Positions 12,916-26,511 of a stretch of 64,000 bases of DNA are shown here, piece by piece (positions within the stretch are counted from its first letter, which is position 1; each line of letters opens with the position of its first letter). A model generated the notes under the pieces. That model searched no databases, had not been told where the DNA came from, and saw nothing but the letters and a program-made list of their open reading frames with translations. Source of the DNA: Octopus bimaculoides (Eukaryota). Made by a program: the position numbers and the translations under genes. The stretch covers positions 34,585,646 through 34,649,645 of the forward strand of contig NC_068995.1 of assembly GCF_001194135.2 (NCBI RefSeq), given 5' to 3'.

Positions 12916-13837
12916 CCTATATATACCTACACATACGCATATGTTTAGATAAAGTCAATTTTGAAAATAACAATAAGACTGAGTTTATCCCAGTTTCCAA
13001 TGAGTGTTAGTGTCTGAGTGCACAAGACTTATCTCTTCGGCAAAGTGTCATTTCTTCAGAAGGCGAACTCCACTCCAGATACTGCTGGTACTCATTTTAA
13101 ATGACTAGAGAGGAGGCGCAGGAAGTCACTTGTTCCAAGAATCGAGATGAACACCCAAATTATCTACCAAGAGGAACTGAGACATTTGTATCATAAAGTT
13201 ATAAGCTTAATTGTAAATTACATTTCATAATTACTTTTTTGGAGCCAAAATATTGAAATATTTGGGAAAAATTTTCATTCTTGTATTTCGTCCTTGACCG
13301 TAGAGGTTTTGTAAGTTGTTTGCGTTTTGCAATGTCTGTAACTGCAAGGATATTTACTAACACTGGATCAGCCGGATGAGTTGTTCATAGATATAATTTC
13401 CTCGAATTTTAAATGCGCTCAAACTACACTGATTTTGATCATCATTGCTGATGAGAGAAGTTTCAAGTGTATGGTTCTTTTCTGCATATTGTTTGCATGT
13501 CTCACTTTGGTTTTCTCTACAAGTGCGTGCGCGCACACATACACACACATGCGTATACATACACATCTAATTTTTCACCTTCAAAAACCTACGATTCTCG
13601 AATATCTCCCTTTATATAAAAGGAAAGTATTCTACGTCGTTGACAAAAACACAAGCCATAAGCTCGCAATCTACTACCTAAAAACCTTTTGAAAATATCA
13701 TCGGTATTACAACTAACAGCTACAAAATATCATCAGTTCTAATTGAATGAACATTTTCCCCCTAATGAAAATTAAACGAAATTCTAACACTAGAAATAGC
13801 AAGCTTTTCATTTCCTAAGATATAATAGTTTCAAATT

Positions 13838-14035
13838 TTGCCATAAGGGCAGCAATTTTGGAGGAGGATATGAGTCGGTTACATCGACACAAGTGAACAA
13901 CTGGTACTCATTTTATCGACCCCCAAGGGATCAAAGGCGAAGTCGACTTCGACGGAATTTGAACTCGAAACATAAAGACGGACGAAATAACACTAAGTAT
14001 TTTGCTTAGCGTGCTAACGATTCTGCCAGCGCGCC
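13838..14035 (-). mobile_element. tRNA-derived SINE, family A (GGCGGCGAGCTGGCAGAA head)
   Basis: Matches the family A consensus: B box GAGTTCAAATTCC, central GTCGACTTTGCCTTTCATCCTTTCGGGGTCGATAAAAT. Confidence 0.8.
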
Positions 14036-14349
14036 GGTCTGATTTCCTAAGATATAATGAGACGTAAATCAGACCCAAAAGTGTCACATTATTTAGCATA
14101 CAAAGTCTCGTGTTTAAAATGTCCTAGCTCTTTGCAAAACGTTCAGATCTATACTCCAGACCATGCTGTGTGCACAAAACTTATCCTACGATATTTGTAA
14201 GTCAAAATAAACTTGACCCAATAAGCGTACTATTGGTTTAAACTCATCTCCTTTCTACTTCTGTATCTCTGCTGCCAATCATCAACCAAATCACTAAATG
14301 AATTCTGTTTTGTAACGTGCACTGCATTGACAATGTGGTCTCAGATATA

Positions 14350-14607
14350 GTGGAGGCGCGTGGCTTAGTAATTAGAGTGTTGGACTCGTGATCGTAAGAT
14401 TCTGGTTTCGATTCGTGGGCCGGACGACGAGTTGTGTTCTTGAGCAAAACATTTCATTTCACGTTGTTCCAATCCACTCAGCTGGCAAAAATAGGTAATC
14501 TTGCGACGGATCGGCGTTCCTTCCAGCTGGAGAATATATAAGCGATGAAACGAGGAATCTGGCCCTTGTGACACGGTATGACTTGTGAAGGTAAATTTAA
14601 CTTTACT
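14350..14607 (+). mobile_element. tRNA-derived SINE, family C-like, with 8-bp TSD
   Basis: GTGGAGGCGCGTGGCTTAGT head, GGTTTCGATTC B box, CTTTACT tail. TCAGATAT at 14341-14348 and 14608-14615. Confidence 0.8.
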
Positions 14608-14799
14608 TCAGATATCCATTACCTTGTGACCGGACCATTATTGCAAAGAGAATCTATCTTCATTTTGGTGTCACTATTTCAAATACACATTGGAAATATC
14701 AATGGAGGGAAGTCCGTCAGATTTATTAGCGAGCGTACATATTAACTTGATAGAATATAGAGCATTTATTTTTATTATTAAGTTTTTTTATTCATATAC

Positions 14800-15120
14800 A
14801 AATGGCATTCTAATGCTCCTGTCTGTTGGTATAGAAACAGCATAAATGACATGTTCATCGACAATGATGGCCATATAAACTTTCAAATCGAACATATCAA
14901 TAACACCGGATCTCTTAAATTTAAGTAACTATAGAACTGTTTGAATTTGGTATTCATTAATAACGACTTCCACAGAAGGTTAGCTCCACACCTCTAGTTG
15001 TGCATTAAAGATCAGTCTTGTTAGTCAGTGCTAGAGCCACTTACGTTCGGAATGAAATATCACGTATCGTCTGTAAATGCCGAAATAAACAAGGTATAGA
15101 AGTGCACAACAAGCTAATTC
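14800..15120 (+). pseudogene. Possible degenerate Ig-like exon(s)
   Basis: KWHSNAPVCWYRNSINDMFIDNDGHINFQIEHINNTGSLKFK*L*NC (C-strand W..E-strand SL), then VSARATYVRNEISRIVCKCRNKQG (C-x2-N-x2-G like) in another frame. Multiple stops. Confidence 0.3.
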
Positions 15121-16310
15121 AAAATGATGCAAATAGATAACGACTATCTTTTATCATACAACCGACACTGGCGTGATATAAACTTCAAAAGAAATTTAAC
15201 ACTTTCAGCAGCAGTAGTAGCTAAGACTGCAACGATATTAGTGATGCAGTCCACTAAATCGGTTCAATGGAACTGAATATATTACTGGCCTACTGGTGCA
15301 TTCTTGGTTTCCTTTCAGAAGAAGACTAGTTTGGGAATGGACCCAACAACTGTAACAATATATACACAATGATTAAGAACACCCTCAACAATGTAGTTTT
15401 GTTTTAACGAGATACATAGTGTAACGCATAACATTTAATAAAATGTCTGATTTTACATTCTAAGTACAGTTCGCCAACTAAACATCTGCGTCGAAAAACA
15501 CTGTTATGAAAATGTTTCTTCTGTTACAAGAGACTTCGGAAGATATCAAAACCAGGTTAGAACACGCGTCATCGGAACCACACATTTAAATGTAAATTAT
15601 TTGGTTGTTTACGCTATGTTCTTATTAGAAAATTAAATACCACTACCAACTATAACAGCTGAAAGGGAATAAGAGTTCTGCGTTGGCTGAAACAAGTAAA
15701 AGATGGAGATGAAAGATATTTCGAGGAGGAATTGTTGGTATTTATGAAATATTTGGAGAAAATATATTTCTTAACAATCCATTGGAATATGTGATTTTGA
15801 TATCTATTGGGATATCATGGTAAAATGAGTAACTTATTGAAAAAATATTGTGCTTAATTTCATTTCAAAGACAAAATCGTATTCCAGCAAATCTAATAGC
15901 TTACATTTTCTCTGTATGTCTGGAGTTACATGGCTACTGACCAAATTTATATTAATTTTGTATTGGCTGCTGTGGAATAAAAAATAGGTTCTGATGACTG
16001 CGCGTTAATAGCTAAAAGCATACTTAGTATTTCTAGCGTTAAAATACTAAATTGGTCGGGTGTTTAATAAATATACCCATTTATTAATTTAAAAATTGTA
16101 CGCTTAGATTATTTAATTTAATAATGCTTTCCTATCTTAAATTAAGCTAATTTATGATGTTTATTTTAAATGTATTTTCTTCCTCTAAAACCGAGTTTTA
16201 TTTCTTGCTTATATTTTATTACCTTTCACTATTCTTAGACATTTGTGTATTGAAGCATTGCTTCAGTGACGAAGACTATCAGCCTTCCCTAAACATAATT
16301 ATTATATAAT

Positions 16311-16503
16311 CTTTTCTACTCTAGGCACGAAGCCCGAAATTTTTGGGGAGAGGGCCAGTCGATTAGATCGACCCCAGTACGCAACTGGTACTTAATTTAC
16401 CGACCCTGAAAGGATGAAAAGCAAAGTCGACCTCGACGGAATTTGAGCTCAGAACGTAAAGACAGACGAAATACCGCCAAGCATTTCGCCCGGCGTGCTA
16501 AAC
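16311..16503 (-). mobile_element. SINE family A, 5'-truncated
   Basis: High similarity to the 50477-50668 copy. Confidence 0.85.
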
Positions 16504-16637
16504 TTGATTACTATATAAAGATTAAGCGAAATTTATTTTTTATTTTCTTAAAAGTAATTGAGAGCGGTAGAGATTTCGGTTGCAAACACTAGCTTCTCTT
16601 CATTCATTGAAGTGGGTGTTATAATCATTGGAATTCG

Positions 16638-16672
<35 letters not shown>

Positions 16673-16676
16673 TTAC

Positions 16677-16709
<33 letters not shown>

Positions 16710-18479
16710 AGCTGAGTGTGTATGCACATAAATATGCACATACATACACACAAACACACACACACATACACACATACTAAGCTTGTGATCAGATCAAATC
16801 TCATTATTTCTTCAAAAAGTTAAGAAAAATACAAAATCTATATTTACACTGATTTAGTTATCTTTTTAGAAGAAAACTATTTAAGTGTTTGCTTAATCCT
16901 TACGGATGGGCTATATATAAAATATGTGGTAGAACAATTAACTACACTTAATCAGCGAAATATGTAGCATATGTGGTTCTGAAGGTAATTAATTTTACTA
17001 CTTTAAACGTTTAGTTGTTGCAGAATAACGAATCAATATAATGATGATATATCTGTTAAGAAAGTGATAGTTAATTCTCTCGGATATAATTGTATTATGG
17101 TCCTGAACATAGGTACGTGACTCACAGCAGCGTAACTTATAAATAATCACCGTCACCACATACAGTTATAGTTCCTCATAGTAACTTTTAAGGTGAATAA
17201 ATAATTGCCTAATATTACGTTAAATTGATGTTCTGAGCCTATTTCTTCCTGACGAAATTGAAAAGGTAACAAGTAATTACTTTAATGTATTCTTATATGA
17301 ATTTAATTGCTCAGTAGGCTCCAAGCACTTATAATCTAGTCCCTGTGGTGGGAATTCCGGACATAATAACGTGGTCTCCATTTTAAAAAGGTTGAAAGTA
17401 TTTCGTAGTTTGGTCGACTTTGAAAAATCATTTCCAATACATGGTACCAGAGAAGTCAAAATTATCGGTGGAATATACTTGGTTTAAGAAATCAGATATC
17501 AACATATTCAAATATTATTTAATTTGAGATTTTCGATTTTATTGACTTGATCTAAATTTCAGTAACCCCTAGAGCGAAAGGAGCATTGTTTCAACCGTCT
17601 AGATTTCTATGCCTTCACTTTTCTATATTTATACTTTTGTTTTGGTAGGACATGACATGTAAGCTGTTATATCTAGCACATGACATACTATAGTACATTG
17701 AAATCTGAATTATTTTAAACCTAAGTCAGCTTCGTTGGGTAATATTTTTCCATAGGTGAATTTAAAGCATTTAACACGGATAAACGGCAAATTGCCGAAT
17801 TAAAATGTGTACAATATTTAGTTTAATCTCACTAAATTTAGTTTAATTTCTCTGAATCGGTTTTATATTTGATTATTTCTTTGTTAATAAAATACATACC
17901 ACTAATATACTGGTGCCAGCTCAATTGATTATAATGTTTATTAGATACTTAACTGTTAACATCATTCTTCAATAAGCTGAGTTGAGAACCTACAGAGTTG
18001 GGGCAGATATTATTTTCCAGGTTCTCAAGACTGACGTAAAGTCCCGAGTACTTTCAACATATTTTTGTGTCTTTTAAAAAAAGGATAAAACTATTAAAAT
18101 GCTCCGTTTTCAAACTGATTAACATTAGGTTCCATTCATTTGTAATGTAAACGGTGATTATAGACATTGAAAACTCAACGTAAAATGATTTTGACACCCC
18201 CCACCACCTTTTCATGCACGCACATTGAAAATTCTTTTCCCAGCTTTTGATATATTTCTTGTTCTTTCAGGCAATCTGTTATGCAGGGATACTATATCAA
18301 TTGTTGTGTAATAGCTTTCCTCTGTTTTGACGATAATAACCACTGGTCTTTTTGACTTGATCACTTGATCACATTGAATGTTGAAATGTTTTTCTTCTAC
18401 CCCATTAGACTAATGCTCTTATGAATTCTATACAAATTATAAGTTTTACATGGTTTCCTCTGAACAATGTTTGCATTGC

Positions 18480-18547
18480 AAGATGGAGAAGCAGCATTGT
18501 ACATATTGTTCTAATGAACAATATTTGCAATGTCGTTTCTCCGACTT
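18480..18547 (+). ncRNA. Candidate pre-miRNA-like hairpin
   Basis: 32-position stem centred on loop TAAT (18512-18515): 25 Watson-Crick, 4 G-U and 3 mismatches when read on the + strand. Confidence 0.35.
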
Positions 18548-19524
18548 AAATCCCTTTAATTCATCGACAGAGAAACATTGCCCAACAAAGCTGTTTTAGC
18601 TTTAAGTCACTTGAAATCTATATCGTATGGAAGGCCATATGCTACATATAGTCGTTAACATATATCTTTCTCACAAACCATAAATAAATTGAAGTGAAAG
18701 CATATCAATCAGTTTCTGAAAACAGATTAAGGTTGGCTGAAACAATGCTCCTATCGTTTATTATATTTGTGTAATTTTATCGCATTCGTTCATTATGTGG
18801 TTAATGCTTTCATCATTTCCAACATAAGAGTAATTCAACATTCTTATCAACGTGACATTTCAGATTAATTCGTTCTAAGTGTTTTTTTTCTTCTTTATAA
18901 CGAACAAATTAAGGTATCACTTCCAAACTTTTAGGATCTGTTATTTACATTCACTACCACGCCTCTTCAGCCACACCGTCGTCCATATTACTAAAGAAAA
19001 CTACACAGTTTTTCCGCTGTTTTCCACAGCTCTTTCACTTCCCCATGTCTCTTTTACTTCCATTTTGATCCTTATGATTATACTTCTCCACCTCAATGGA
19101 TGCATTCTGCATCCATCCGGCCAAGCACTTTTACTCCAACCAACAACAATTCATCTCTGATAATTTTCTGTTCTTTCAAATTACTTACAACAGATCGATA
19201 CTTTTCGTCCATTTATTTTTTCCTGTGTATATAAGGTCTACGAATGTTACTCTTAGAGTTTATTGCTTCGTTTATTGTCATCGATTTCCGTATCAATTCA
19301 CACATTGGCCGGATGATATGGTAGATATATTTTGACAATAACGGCAACAAGATCTTTCTTTCGATATCTAGCAGAGAGATCTCTCGAAACTGGTTAGGTT
19401 TTACAGAGTTTTCTTTGTTGAGACAAAACAGCTATCAACAGATGTCCCTGCTTTTTCCAGATCGAATGTGAAAATCTTGTTAGCTTTCTAAGCAACAGGT
19501 GTCAATTTTTGTAAATCCTATATA

Positions 19525-20798
19525 CGAGGGGTGTATGAAAAGTCTTGAGCCTCAAAAAACAAAACAAAACATAGTACAAGACTTCTGATGATTTAGTTTT
19601 TCAACATAGTCCCCCTCAATGGCTGAATAGTTTCTCTAGCGGTGCTGAAGTGCCGTTATCCCGGCGTAGAGGAAATCTTTTGTTTGAGACTCCAAGACAC
19701 TTCCTACAGCGTCTATGACGTCATTGTCACTGGCAAGATGGCGACCAGCCAGAGCTTTTTCATTTTAGGGAATAGATGAAAGTCAAAAGGGGCTAAGTCT
19801 GGTGAATAAGGTGGATGGGGAACAAGTTCGTATCCACAATCACGAATTGTTGCCATGGCAACGACTGAGGTGTGGGCTGTAGCATTGTCGTGATGAAAAA
19901 AGACTCCTCTGTTGAGTATTCCCGGCCTTTTTTCTTTGATTGCTTCTCGGAGGCGTTTCAGTAGCTGGGAATAATACAGCCCTGTCACGGTGTAACTCTT
20001 TTCAAGGTAATCGATCAGCAAGACACCTTGAGAATCCCAAAAACCTGACGCCATGACTTTGCCAGCTGAAGGAATGATTCTGGCCTTCTTTGGGGTAGGA
20101 GAAGATGTGTTCTTCCACTGCTTTTATTGTTCTTTGTCTGGTTGTGATGAACCCAACTTTCACCCATAATGATGAAACGAGCAAAAAATTCTCTTCATCG
20201 GCTTCAAACAGTTCCAGGTTGCTCGTGGACAAAGTGCACCTGGTGCATTTCTGTTCAGGAGTCAAAAGGCGAGGGGCCCACTTTGCAGAAACCTTTAAGA
20301 ACACAAGTTCTTTTGTCACAATGTTGTCTGCTCTTTCAGTTGAGATGCTCAGTCTCTCGGCTATCTGATGACATGATATTCGACGATCTTGCATTATCAT
20401 ACCAAGAGCAACGTCAATGTTGTCCTCAGTAGTTGCAGTTGGAGGTCTCCCTGGTTGGGATCATCTTCCACACTCTCCCTGCCACGCTGGAATTCATTTA
20501 CCCAGCGTTTGACTCTTGTATATGAAGAAGCATTGTCTGTTAAGGTTCTCACCATATCGTCATGGATTTCTGATGGAGTCATGCCTTTCAAATGAAGGTA
20601 CTTTATGACAGCACGATACTCAGTTTTCTCCATTTTCCTTGTAACCTCGACACTTGTTTATTCAAAAATCTGCAACAAAAAAAATTAAAATATCAGAATC
20701 ATGACAATGAGCAAGAATACTCCGAAAAAACTGTACTTACCAGAAAAAATTGTTTCAGCCCCGTTTCTAGGTTAGGCTCAAAGCTTTTCATACACTCG
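19525..20798 (-). mobile_element. mariner DNA transposon (irritans/Himar1-Hsmar2-like), full length, non-functional transposase
   Basis: TIRs CGAGGGGTGTATGAAAAGTCTTGAGCCT (19525) and AGGCTCAAAGCTTTTCATACACTCG (20774-20798), TA on both sides. Transposase 20633->about 19600 in three frames: MEKTEYRAVIKYLHLKG, WAPRLL (WVPRxL), HHDNA, YSPDLAPFDFHLF. First catalytic D appears mutated (IMGESW). Confidence 0.95.
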
Positions 20799-21171
20799 TA
20801 TGGCGCCAGATTCATAGTTTGAGAAATAAAGAAAGGGTTTTCATTCTTTAAAACGTATTGAATATACTTCAGAAGAAGTCATAAAATAGTTCAATGTAAA
20901 TGTTTGGAGGATGCTCTAATAATATTTACAGATCCTAGTATGTTTTTTTTAAGAAGAGGCGTGTCTTATAAGTAATCTGTAGCGGTTGTGTTTCATTGTG
21001 TAGTATCAATCTGAATTGGGATAGTATAAGTTTTCACTTCAACAGCTTGGTTCATCAAACTTCTTCGCTTATAGTGATCTTCTGAGTCGTTAGGTTTTAC
21101 TATATCGTTTATTAGTACAATATTGTTATTTTTCCATTGGTTTATATGCAATATGTCGTGGTCTGTCTATA

Positions 21172-21440
21172 TAGTGAGGACGCGTGCCCTAGTATTTAGG
21201 GTGTTGCACGCACGTTCGCGAAATTGTGGTTTCGATTCCCAGTGAGGGTGGGGCGTTGTGTTATTGAGCAAATCACTTCATTTCACGTTGCTGTGCGATA
21301 ATTTCGACATCTGACGTGTGGTCACCTTGCACCATACAGGCAATGTCGATTTGATGGAGGGAGTGAGCTCATGTACAGCATTAAAATGTGAACGCTATAA
21401 GAAAATCATCTGTGTAGGTTGTTCAGTGAGAAATTACGGA
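21172..21440 (+). mobile_element. tRNA-derived SINE, family C-like
   Basis: GTGAGGACGCGTGCCCTAGT head, GGTTTCGATTCC B box, TTGAGCAAATCACTTCATTTCACGTTGC centre. Confidence 0.7.
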
Positions 21441-21588
21441 GCTGTCTTCCTCGGACTCGAGAGATTACCAAGAAAAGTCTCTCTGCTAAAATTCTATAGT
21501 TTTTTTTTTTTTGCATTATCCTTTTTTTAGGACCACAGGCTTTTTGAAGGAATTGAAATCAGATCACCGAGAGTTCTTTTATGTTACT

Positions 21589-21642
21589 AGCAGGCTGTTA
21601 CGTTGATCGGATCAACTGGAACCCTCGTCGTCGTAATCAACG

Positions 21643-21707
<65 letters not shown>

Positions 21708-21715
21708 CTAGTAGT
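21589..21715 (+). mobile_element. 3' tail fragment of family C SINE or its partner LINE, running into (AGT)n
   Basis: GCAGGCTGTTACGTTGATCGGATCAACTGGAACCCTCGTCGTC is nearly identical to the tail of the 576-949 copy; (AGT)n at about 21645-21715. Confidence 0.75.
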
Positions 21716-22409
21716 AGTTATTGTTGTTGTAGAAGTAGTAGCTGCAGCAGGCCAGTAGAGCTGAGGACCAAACATCCTGCAATGTTCTAACTTCAAACAT
21801 AATCATACTCTATTTTGACCTTCGTCCTTCCGATACTTAAGTACGAAGGGGAGGGATGACGATCATCCTTATCATTTCTGTTTTCTATTAATTCACTTGC
21901 CTCTAACAAAATATACATCACCTTCACATGTCCAAGTAATTGCATTATCCCTTTTGTGCATACTCGCGTTGTACATATCTAATTTAAGAAGAGGACCCTC
22001 TCTTTCTCTATAAAAAAAATGTGTGTTGTGTTTAGTAATGGTATTTGTCTGGGTGGATAGCTATATGATTACTACAACACTCCTTTCTGTAGAAACTACT
22101 AAATCTTGATTCAGAAGAAGCGAATCTTTCTACATGCATTCCAGACTTCATACACTTTAACACTAAATCATAATAATTTGATATCAGAGACTTCAAACAC
22201 TTTCTAAGCATTGCGTTTGCCAGAAACAATTATTATGTCAATAAAGAGAATTATTTCTTAATTCTGTATTAAACAATCTCTAGATGTTTGCTTTTATATA
22301 TAAATATTCATTTGCTCCGTCATATTCTAGAGTATTCTGGCCTCGCCATTCAATGGCAGTTTTTGTGTTGTTTATCAACAATTGTTAATGGATAGACTAT
22401 GATTATTTG

Positions 22410-22700
22410 TTTAAGCCAGTGAAGGAGTCAGAAATGCTAGAAATAGCAGGCAAATCTCCATCAAATAACACCACGATGTCTTAAAAGATGAAAGAAGCAT
22501 TCAATAATGTGATCCTAAATACATTAAGAATGCTTAAAGATGAGGTGATTACAGATGGAGTGCATTTGATAATATGGTTATTTAATCAGAACCATCGTAC
22601 AGAACGAAAGCTTACAGCGAACGAAGGAATCTCAACAATTTGGCTCGATCTCCATGAATTAATAGCCAAATCGCTCGCAAATCAAACTTGTTGAACTGTC
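22410..22700 (+). mobile_element. Possible old L2/CR1-type LINE remnant (pre-RT region)
   Basis: FKPVKESEMLEIAGKSPS*...VITDGVHLIIWL resembles the F-x-P-V...E-V...I...SPS motif upstream of CR1/L2 RT. By-eye match only. Confidence 0.3.
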
Positions 22701-22762
22701 TTCATTTATACTTCTATGAACTTACTAGGCTCTCCAATTGTCATTCTTAGTAAATTTTTATT

Positions 22763-22812
22763 CCTCCTCCTCCTCCTCCTCCTCCTCCTCCTCCTCCACA
22801 ACACCAACAAAA

Positions 22813-22878
<66 letters not shown>

Positions 22879-22885
22879 GCTACTA
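22763..22885. repeat. (CCT)n + (TAC)n compound microsatellite
   Basis: Direct inspection. Confidence 0.95.
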
Positions 22886-23576
22886 CTTCATCCTATTATC
22901 TTCCTTACTGAGTGAGAGAGCAACGCATTCCATCAAAGTGATACTGGCGTACAATTATACGAAGCCCAGTACACCCATCCTGACTACTCGTCTGATAAGG
23001 GTACACCAGGCACAGGCATCACAACCATATGTGTGTGACATAGTGATCTCATATCAAGATAAACAACTCATGATCTTGCAGGTGGGACCCAGTTAGAATT
23101 TTCTTCAGGTTGAGCAGTCTACCCCGCTCAAAAGATCCCTGAATAAGGTTTGTTTAAGGATGTTGAACGAAACATCCATGTTTCCAGAGGTGAATTATTG
23201 AAACCCCAAAGTATTCCTCCCAAAACATGGCTATGATGCTCCCCCACTACTTCTGATCGTGATCAGAGATGCACATACCGTCAACTACTAAGGGATATGT
23301 TCAACTGGTTAAGATCAGACAATTAATAAGCTAATCTGTGGTATTGAACAGAATATTTGCTGTAGCTCATCTGTTATACCAAGACAAAACAATGTACATG
23401 ATAACACTTCCAATCAGTTAAGATCAAAAACAATGAAAGACAGTACCGGGTATTGCATCAGAGCATTGAGGTATTCAGCAGAATATTTACTGTAAACCAT
23501 CTGTTACACCATCCAGCCCATCTGTTATACCATGTTACCCATCTATTATATTATTATTATTATCATTATTATTATT

Positions 23577-26511
23577 GCCTTTGCACAGCTTCTAACGCTG
23601 GAGATGTACTACAGTGTCAGCTGTTCACTACCAGTGAACTAAGGTAACACACCTTAGTTTTCGAGCACCACCTGAAGTATTCGAGCGGTTCTAAGCGATG
23701 CTGTTTTCTGCAAGTGCTCCACACTTATTGAAGCCCCTATTTGTTCCATGACTTCTCGAGATTTTTACTCACTGTTCCCAAGGCTCCGACAATTATTGGC
23801 ACCACTACCACCTTTTTCATCGACCACAACTGCTTTACCTCCCAAGCTAACCTATCATACCTATCGACTTATCTTTCTTCCTTATCGCATACTTTGTTGT
23901 GAGCTGGGTATGCTGTATCTATGATCCAGCATAGTTTGCTTTCTTTCTCAATTAAGACCATGTCTGGCTTCCTACTCTCTATCTAATGGTCGCACTGAAT
24001 CATAAAATCCCACAGGATCTTTGCATTATCGTTTTCCATGTTGCCTTCGGGTTTGCGGTCGTACCATTTTTTTGCTCTGTCAAGTTCATACTTGTTGCAA
24101 AGTATCCAATTGACAAGCCTTGCTATATTGTCGTGGCGTCCCTTATATTCCTTCTGGGCTAGTGGCGTACATTCGCTGGTAATATGCCATACGGTTTCAC
24201 CATTTTGTTCACAGATTCTGCACTTATCACTTTCTGCTGTGTTGTCTATTCNNNNNNNNNNTTCGCTGGTAATATGCCATACGGTTTCACCATTTTGTTC
24301 ACAGATTCTGCACTTATCACTTTCTGCTGTGTTGTCTATTCTGTATTTTATGTAGTTTGTTCTTAGTGCTTGCTCTTGGGCAGCACAGATTAGAGCCCCT
24401 ATTTCCGGTTTTAAATCACTTTTAGTCATCCACAGCCATCTTTTTTCTTTGTCCGTCTTATCTTCAACGTTCCTATGAAATTGTCCATCCCTTCTTTTCT
24501 TTACCCCTCTATTTTCAGTTTCAATCGTTTTCAACTGCTTGTACAGTGCTTTATCTTTGCAATCTTTCATCCTACACAAGCCTGACCTTCTTACTTCTAA
24601 TATTAGCGGTTCTGTGGCATTATTTACATATCATGCTATGTTGTTTTCTCCTGCTCTAATGCTGTGCTCGCATCCAATAAGTCCCCTTCCCACTCTTTTT
24701 CTTGGTACTTACATTCTGTTGTGTCACGTTTTGGCCGGAGTGTCCCATATCTAGTTAGCAACTTCCTTGTCTTTCTGTCTAAGCTAATTAGTTCGTCTAC
24801 TGCCCATGCTATTACTTCGACTTAAGTATCAGTCTCAATCTGCGCAAGTACTCCACCTTAAATTTTTATGTAATTTCTTCTCCATCAATTTATCCATTTT
24901 CAAAATCCGCAAGTACTTATAGACCCTCTCTCCTATCTGCTTCATTACCTTCCTGCATTATCAGTTGAAGAATTGGCAATGAAGCTTAGTTCAAACCATA
25001 CAACTGTCCTACCCAATGTCAACAACTCTGGAGTTACTTGGTCGGCATTTAACAAGCTGTAGAGTTGCGCAGCTATTCGTACATGACGTTCACCAAATGT
25101 TTTGATCCAGTAGCCTTGAACTCCATCTGGTCCCGGAGCTTCCTAGTTGCTCATCTTGTGATTTCTTTCACTTCCTGAACTGAAAAGACTAGTTGTGCTT
25201 TTTTTGGACAGACTACCGTTTGTTTCAGTTTGTGCAACCATTCAGCATCCTTCTTGTGCTCCTTGTCTTTGCTCCAGATGTCACTTCAAAACCTCTGACT
25301 TTCATTGTTATCTGGTATCAACCTTTCATCTGTACACTCCATATATTTCTTTATAGAATCTCTTCTGATCTACTATGAATAACCTATTCTGGTGGTAACC
25401 CTGCATTCTTTGGTCGTATCTTACCATCTTGGCTTTCTTTGCAACGAAGCGTTGTTTAAGTTCCTCCATTACCACTTTCAGGCCCTTTCTTTCAATATTA
25501 TACTTCCTTTTCAGCGTCCTGTATTTTTGTTCACTTTTAAGCTCCCCTTTCTCTTTTCTGTCTAACACAAGAATTTCCTTCTAGAGCATATCTAACCCTG
25601 ATTGTATTCTTCTTTTCCACCATGGGACTTTTCTTTTGTCACTCCCATTATATTTCTTTTTTTTTTGGCATCAACACCCACGTTTTCTGCTACAACAATA
25701 CTTGCTGCCTTGATCAAATTATTTGTTTCTGTGATGTTGTTTGTTCTGATGTATTTCAGAACATCATTGACATTTTTCATTTCTTGGTTCAACTTCCACC
25801 GGTCAACCTCTTTAAGGTTGAAAATAATGTCGCTATCGTTCTCCTGTAGTCTTGCCTTTATTCTGTCGTAGATTGTCTTTTGTTCATCTGTCATGTCGCC
25901 ATTAGTTTTATTGTCTTCTTTTAGATCATCTATATGTCTCTCATCAAATAAACTACCACTGCTCCTTTCCTGTGCTATGAGATGAATTTATTAGTAAGAA
26001 CAGTTTTTCATCGTTATCTCTGCTGCTATTTTCCAAGACCCGCCTTTTGATACATTCGATCTCTATTTCTGTGAACCAACGATTTTTTCTTATTTCGCTA
26101 GCTTGACCACATATTCTTTGTTCAGTGAGTTGAAACAATCCCTTTTCTCTCCAATGATTATATATACGTTGTCAGTAACTCCTAATTTGAGTACCATTTT
26201 CTTCTACCGGGTTGCTCAGGTAGTGACACTCCATGACCACAGCATTGATTTGCTTGCTCAATCTGCGCCGTGTGTGGTAGTCCCTTTCTGGATATCGACA
26301 GGCTGGAGCCGGACCAGGATCTCTGAGCCTGCCAGGTGCAACGTTGTCACCATCAAGGGTTTCAGTTTCATTACCACCGTTATTCACAATATTTTGTTTA
26401 TTTATTTTCACTCATATGAGGTAGCGATTATCAGGTTGCGCAAATACCAGTGTTTTTATTGTGACACCATCACTAGATGTATCATTAATCAGTAGAATCC
26501 ACCCACTGCAT

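Noticed and set aside
17320-17490. LSVEYTWFKK Ig C-strand-like motif; also TLVI...YFVC near 8600
   Set aside because: Single short motifs with off spacing and no second anchor
24172-24341. 80-bp exact duplication in the LINE zinc knuckle; likewise 41 bp at 27025-27116
   Set aside because: Both straddle 10-N placeholder gaps, so they are contig-overlap assembly artefacts
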